The notes beneath the pieces were generated by a model, which was not told where the DNA came from, ran no database searches, and was given only the letters and a program-made list of their open reading frames with translations. Both the position numbers and the translations under genes were made by a program. Below, one piece after another: positions 63,604-64,000 of a stretch of DNA of 64,000 bases. Origin of the DNA: Spizellomyces punctatus DAOM BR117. Lineage: Eukaryota. The stretch lies in assembly GCA_000182565.2 (NCBI GenBank), contig KQ257458.1; one strand, written 5' to 3'. Positions within the stretch are counted from its first letter, which is position 1. Each line of letters begins with the position of its first letter.

Positions 63604-64000
63604 TTATACAAATTGAGTGTGCAAGTTATCACCACTTTTTGACTTATTATGCTTTGACTGGCGTTCCTCGGTGCATCGGAACGTATCTTGGATGCCCGGA
63701 CGGGGTGAACCACGAGGAGGTGCAACAAAGGAGGGTATGGTCCCTGGAGGGAGTTGAAGGTTATTGGAGCGGGATGAGGAGCGAGATGTTGATTTGGGCG
63801 AGGAGGGTGTAGATGGATTTGATAAAGACGAGTCAGATAGACCTAGGGCATGGAGTAGTTCGCGGCGTTGGGTTTTGGGAGGGAGAGGTGGCAGGATTGA
63901 CGGATCTGCTAATGTATCAGAAAGGAGGTTGCTCGATCTACTTCGGTACATGGTAGGTTCTTGTGTTTGTTGCTTATTGGTACTTGCAAAGAGCTCTGCA
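63604..64000 (-). CDS. 3' end of an unidentified gene (Ser/Pro-rich C-terminus), truncated by the window edge
   Basis: The frame of ORF 63604-63951 stays open to the window end; it is convergent with the F-box gene. Confidence 0.45.
   Translation of the reverse strand, partial: AELFASTNKQQTQEPTMYRSRSSNLLSDTLADPSILPPLPPKTQRRELLHALGLSDSSLSNPSTPSSPKSTSRSSSRSNNLQLPPGTIPSFVAPPRGSPRPGIQDTFRCTEERQSKHNKSKSGDNLHTQFV

Noticed and set aside
1-64000. CRISPR arrays, rRNA, tRNA, prokaryotic operons
   Set aside because: No regularly spaced repeats or recognisable structural RNA seen by eye; the sequence is spliceosomal-intron-rich eukaryotic DNA. tRNAscan and Infernal were not run.

Overview
Intron-rich eukaryotic DNA with short GT-AG introns. 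It is most likely from a flagellated, early-diverging fungus (chytrid-like), inferred from a division-2 chitin synthase together with the centriolar protein OFD1, SOSS-B and a phosphorylase-kinase regulatory subunit. About 18 protein-coding genes can be reconstructed by hand: GNAT, RCY1, chitin synthase, SOSS-B, OFD1, a Tim44/MAIP1-like protein, a large signalling hybrid, CCT3, PhK alpha/beta, an SH3 membrane protein, an ankyrin/coiled-coil protein, an atypical kinase, a TM-GRAM-PX protein, a TMEM198-like protein, a small membrane protein, Asterix, an F-box/WD40 protein and one partial gene. The main highlight is 16861-24908, one spliced gene encoding Ser/Thr kinase - STAND-type AAA ATPase - helical repeats - GAF - class I cyclic-nucleotide phosphodiesterase. 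This is the sensor scaffold of fungal group X / cyanobacterial HstK-type histidine kinases, with a PDE in place of the histidine kinase output. Other highlights: a ~6.3 kb gene-free island between CCT3 and PhK, bounded by a 26-bp direct repeat and full of inverted duplications; a PhK regulatory subunit with an inserted ILEI/PANDER domain; a GRAM+PX fusion; and an oscillating C-rich/G-rich strand skew from ~41 kb onward. All family calls come from motif recognition by eye; no database searches were run.
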